DNA from: a virus
Taxonomy: Duplodnaviria > Caudoviricetes
Length of the DNA stretch: 64,000 bases
Virus record (IMG/VR): IMGVR_UViG_3300046495_000014
Span: 1 to 64,000 of that record
Reading direction: 5' to 3' (one strand)
Shown: positions 60,701 through 64,000 of the stretch, in pieces
Layout: each line of letters begins with the position of its first letter
How positions within the stretch are numbered: the first letter of the stretch is position 1
The notes under the pieces: generated by a model
Database searches by the model: none
What the model saw: the letters and a program-made list of their open reading frames with translations, nothing else
What the model was told of the DNA's origin: nothing
Program-made: the position numbers and the translations under genes

Positions 60701-62465
60701 ATCTGTAGTTCAGCGCCGCGACGGACGGGCCGCGGTTCCTGCGGACGTTCGCGCCCATCTTCTTCACCTGCCAGTCGGCTAGCCACGAGGCCATCAGGTA
60801 ATCGCCCGTATGGGCTTCGGGCGTGTACTGCCGCAGGTCCTGCAACCAGGCCTCGACGTTCGGGGGGGACTTCCCGTTCTGGCCGCAGGGGATCACCCAC
60901 GCGCCCTGTTCGATCTCGATGAACATCGACTCGACGCCGTGGGTCGGGTCCGCCTTGTTCCGCCCAGTCGTGTGAGCCTTAATCGGCACCGACCGATCTT
61001 CTTCCCGCGCCCACTGTAGTAGGAAGTCCTGCGCCGCGTTGTTCTCGACGCGGACGATCGAACCGAACGCGGCGTTCTTCGCCAGGATCTTTTGGACGAT
61101 CTCCCGCCCCGTCCAGCGCCCCGCTTCGATGTCCAGGATGATCCGGCGGTTCGACGGCGGTAAGACCGCGATGGTGAACAGCACGGTCCGCGCGTTCGCC
61201 TTCTTCTTCCCGATCGCTAAGTCGACGCCCGTGGCCACGATTAGGTCGATCCCGTCGGGCGCTCCCGCGTACAGCGTCGACGGTCTTACCGGGTCGTGAT
61301 CCACCGCCGCTATCCGCAGGCGTAGATCATCGATCGAGGAACAGAACCCGTAGTGCCCCATGCGCTGCGCGTCGGTCTTCGACTGCGTGATCCAGCCCTC
61401 CTTGATTCGGTCCTCGGATTCGCCGCGGGCCTTCATCTCGTAGTTCTGGGCGAATTCGCGCGCGGTCGTTAGCTTCCGGATTTCCTCGATCGCCGATCGC
61501 GAATACTTCTGAGGCCAGAACGTCGTGGCTTCTTCGACGTCGACGTTCTGGTTCGCCGGCTCGCCTAGGTCCGGGGCGTCTTCGTACGTTTCCCGAATCA
61601 CTACCGGGTCGTCGTTACCCGATAGCCGATGACGCCCGTCGGGTCCGTCGCAGTCGTTCGCCGGTCGGATCTGATCGCTGTCGAAGTTCGGCGCGTTCGT
61701 CACGAAGACGTCGCCCCAAATCGTAATCGTTAGGGTGGGCCAGCCCTTGGCTTCCAGCCAGTAGGTAAGGTCACCGGCGTCGGACGAAGTAGGCCCGACC
61801 CACGGCGTGTTCGTAACGATCAGCCGCGATCCGTCGACGTCCATGCGCGACAGAACGGTGGACGTAAACAACTTCCGCACCGTCTCCCGCTGTTCGGGGG
61901 TCGCCGTATTCTCAGCGTTCAGGATGTCGTCCACCAGACACCAGCTAAGACGCGATCCGGGTAGTCGCCCGGTGACGCCGATCGCTACCAGCGACGGGTC
62001 GCGAATACCGAAGGGGCGGTCGACCGTAATCGCCGTCTGCGTCCAGGGGTCGCCGTCCACCTGCGACGGTCGCAGCGCCGGGTAGACCGCGTGCAGTTCG
62101 GCCGAGTGCATGATGTAGTTACGGACCAGCGACAGCGGCTTGGACGCCTGCCCCTGCGTGGCGCTGATGATAGCTCCGCGGGCCGTCGGGTCTTCCCCGA
62201 GTAAGTACAGCGTGAGCGCCGCCATGGTGTACGTCTTCGAGCCGCCGACGGGCAGTCGGATGACGCACTTCTCGTGCTCCATCGCGAACTGGAACACGAG
62301 CTTCTGGAACGGCAGCGTGCTGATGCGCGTCCTCGCGGTTTCCTCCCGCATCACGTATTCGTAGAACGCCGCCGGATCGGACCTAGCCCGCGTTAGGCGA
62401 CGCATCTGCGCCTTCAGTAACGCTTGGGCGTAGTCGGTCGAATCCCGATCTGGAACCACGGTCAT
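60699..62465 (-). CDS. terL: Terminase large subunit
   Basis: RLPVGGSKT Walker A, WCLVDDIL Walker B, NTPW, ATGVDLAIG nuclease, GDYLMASWLA. Confidence 0.92.
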   Translation of the reverse strand: MTVVPDRDSTDYAQALLKAQMRRLTRARSDPAAFYEYVMREETARTRISTLPFQKLVFQFAMEHEKCVIRLPVGGSKTYTMAALTLYLLGEDPTARGAIISATQGQASKPLSLVRNYIMHSAELHAVYPALRPSQVDGDPWTQTAITVDRPFGIRDPSLVAIGVTGRLPGSRLSWCLVDDILNAENTATPEQRETVRKLFTSTVLSRMDVDGSRLIVTNTPWVGPTSSDAGDLTYWLEAKGWPTLTITIWGDVFVTNAPNFDSDQIRPANDCDGPDGRHRLSGNDDPVVIRETYEDAPDLGEPANQNVDVEEATTFWPQKYSRSAIEEIRKLTTAREFAQNYEMKARGESEDRIKEGWITQSKTDAQRMGHYGFCSSIDDLRLRIAAVDHDPVRPSTLYAGAPDGIDLIVATGVDLAIGKKKANARTVLFTIAVLPPSNRRIILDIEAGRWTGREIVQKILAKNAAFGSIVRVENNAAQDFLLQWAREEDRSVPIKAHTTGRNKADPTHGVESMFIEIEQGAWVIPCGQNGKSPPNVEAWLQDLRQYTPEAHTGDYLMASWLADWQVKKMGANVRRNRGPSVAALNYR

Positions 62466-62896
62466 GCTGACGGGTGTACCAAGGATTCGTCGAAGAAGGT
62501 ACCGCCCGGTCGGGTAATCTCAGTCGTCGACGCCGCGCGCAACACCCAGTCGCCGCGGCGTCGGGCGGCTCGGTGCATGTACTTCGTCGGGCCGCAGATC
62601 ACCCAGCGGGAGGCGTCCCACGCGATGCGGACCATCACCCAGCTATCCGGACCCGCTTCGCTGTTCACGTTCGCCCCGACCACGACGTACAGCCCGGCGT
62701 GCCTCGAATGACTCAGTAGCTCCCAAACATCGTCGACCTGCACCGGGCGATCCGCTAGCGCCCGACGTCGTTCGTCTTCCCCGATCGTCGTCGTCGACCA
62801 CCAGTGCAGGACGACCAGCACGAACAGCACGGCCAGTAGCAGCCCGAGGCATGTGATGCCCAAAACGATCCCCGTCGCAAAGTTGGTAGTTCCCAT
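62462..62896 (-). CDS. Membrane-anchored hypothetical protein
   Basis: N-terminal TM helix; GAAGGAA RBS. Confidence 0.6.
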   Translation of the reverse strand: MGTTNFATGIVLGITCLGLLLAVLFVLVVLHWWSTTTIGEDERRRALADRPVQVDDVWELLSHSRHAGLYVVVGANVNSEAGPDSWVMVRIAWDASRWVICGPTKYMHRAARRRGDWVLRAASTTEITRPGGTFFDESLVHPSA

Positions 62897-62906
62897 CGTA
62901 GTTCCT

Positions 62907-63392
62907 TCACGTAGTGATCCACGTCGGCGCGTCTTCTGTCCAGCGCCCCGAGCGCTGCACCAGCTTCCAGTCGCGTAGCTTTAGTTGCCGGGTCGATACG
63001 AACACCCGGGCGTCGTCCCCGCCCAACGGGTACTGATTCAGATACCCGATCTTGTGTAGCTCCCACGCGTACTCGCGGTGGTTCTCGACCGTTATCCGAT
63101 CCTCGACCCGATACAGGCGCGGAACGCTGCCGGGCGACTGCCAGACGTCGCCGATCTGCGCCCAGCTTCGCTTGGAGACGACGTGCGAGCAGTGGAAGCA
63201 GTACCGGTACCGACGCCCAGGCGTCCGAGCTAATCCGCAGCGGGCGCAGATCGCCGACTCCGGCGGTAACGCCCGCGCGTCGTGGCACGTCTGGCAGTCC
63301 CTAGCGTACGGCGCCCGGGGGAAGTTCCGACCGCACTTCCGGCACAGTCGTCCTACCTTCGACGGATTACAGTTGTGCGACTTCTTCGCCAT
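62907..63392 (-). CDS. Multi-CxxC zinc-ribbon protein
   Basis: CRKC, CQTC, CARC, CFHC; palindrome-GCGCCATAGT promoter. Confidence 0.65.
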   Translation of the reverse strand: MAKKSHNCNPSKVGRLCRKCGRNFPRAPYARDCQTCHDARALPPESAICARCGLARTPGRRYRYCFHCSHVVSKRSWAQIGDVWQSPGSVPRLYRVEDRITVENHREYAWELHKIGYLNQYPLGGDDARVFVSTRQLKLRDWKLVQRSGRWTEDAPTWITT

Positions 63393-63411
63393 CGTCCCCC
63401 GACTATGGCGC

Positions 63412-63433
63412 GACGCCGGATCGATCCGGCGTC
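63412..63433. repeat. 22-bp palindrome, exact copy
   Basis: Followed on minus strand by GCGCCATAGT. Confidence 0.97.
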
Positions 63434-63443
63434 GCGCGTTCGT

Positions 63444-63740
63444 TCAGCGTCGGGGGTGGGCGCGCCTAACCGCTACCGTGATCACAGCTTCCCCGCCCCG
63501 ATAGTCGTCCGACATGCTGATGCAGGGACGGATCACACAGTCGCCTTCGATCCGCAGGGTCTGCGTCGACACGACTTCGAACTGATCGCAGCGTTCCGGG
63601 GAAACGGGGGGCTTCCACGGTCGGGCGCTGCCGCAGGGGCACCGATCCTGTTCCGGATCCGTATCCTTCGGGGCGTGCGTTCGCCCGCACGGGCAGTAGT
63701 AGGTCAAGTCGTGCGCGTTCGTCGAACTATCGTTTTGCAT
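63444..63740 (-). CDS. Small Cys-rich hypothetical protein
   Basis: Start at MQNDSS (AAGGAAA RBS); CPCG twice. Confidence 0.5.
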   Translation of the reverse strand: MQNDSSTNAHDLTYYCPCGRTHAPKDTDPEQDRCPCGSARPWKPPVSPERCDQFEVVSTQTLRIEGDCVIRPCISMSDDYRGGEAVITVAVRRAHPRR

Positions 63741-63771
63741 CGCTTTTCCTTTCGCGTAACCGGTCCCGAGT

Positions 63772-64000
63772 CTATTCCGCGGCAGTCGACATCGGCAACG
63801 CGCGCCGGGCGAGCGCTTCCAGTTCGAGTTGCTCCCGTACCATCGCGTCACGTTCGTCGTCCGTCAGATCGACGATGACAGCGGCTAGCGAAACCTTCAG
63901 CGACGCCATGACGTCGACTTCGACGCGGATAGGTTGGAGCGTCCCCATGATCCGCCCGAGTAATTCTTCGTGCCCGCGTATCGCCTGGAAGGACGGGTTC
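63772..64000 (-). CDS. Partial ORF, possible terminase small subunit C-terminus
   Basis: Hand translation ...AIRGHEELLGRIMGTLQPIRVEVDV...LTDDERDAMVREQLELEALARRALPMSTAAE*; 1.3 kb upstream of terL. Confidence 0.35.
   Translation of the reverse strand, partial: NPSFQAIRGHEELLGRIMGTLQPIRVEVDVMASLKVSLAAVIVDLTDDERDAMVREQLELEALARRALPMSTAAE

Noticed and set aside
1940-63433. 22-bp palindromes as a CRISPR array
   Set aside because: Copies are 1.2-10.6 kb apart with no regular spacers and no cas genes.
1-64000. Integrase, att site or host flank indicating a prophage
   Set aside because: No recombinase motif or bacterial housekeeping gene seen; lifestyle undetermined from this window.

Overview
The whole window is one high-GC tailed-phage (contractile-tail) genome segment. 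No bacterial housekeeping genes, integrase, tRNA or CRISPR array were seen, so prophage versus free phage cannot be decided. Almost all real genes are on the minus strand. Read from 64 kb toward 1 the order is: possible TerS fragment, TerL, accessory genes (ASCH, SLT-like muralytic enzyme, Cys-rich lipoprotein plus papain-like protease), portal, MuF minor head protein with a GNAT-like extension, scaffold, an 8 kb cassette of fibre/decoration-type genes, N4-gp56-type major capsid, neck, sheath, tube, chaperone with a -1 frameshift, tape measure, baseplate, fibre, membrane proteins, BRO antirepressor, intein-containing SF2 helicase, DnaB, primase, HTH, DUF932-like, a phage sigma-70-like factor and a histone-H1-like protein. 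The most striking unannotated structure is a regulatory grammar read directly from the DNA. (1) A perfect 22-bp palindrome, GACGCCGGATCGATCCGGCGTC, occurs in 13 exact and 2 variant copies at gene junctions, at every divergent promoter and in-frame inside three ORFs. (2) A second, 17-bp operator-like palindrome occurs in 4 copies. (3) Two -10 promoter classes (CATAGT before mainly replication/regulatory genes, GTGNTANNNT before mainly structural genes) sit 5-7 nt before about 20 start codons, implying gene-by-gene leaderless transcription. Gly/Thr-linker Cys-rich lipoproteins hint at a Myxococcota-type host (inference only). Family names come from motif recognition by eye, not database searches.
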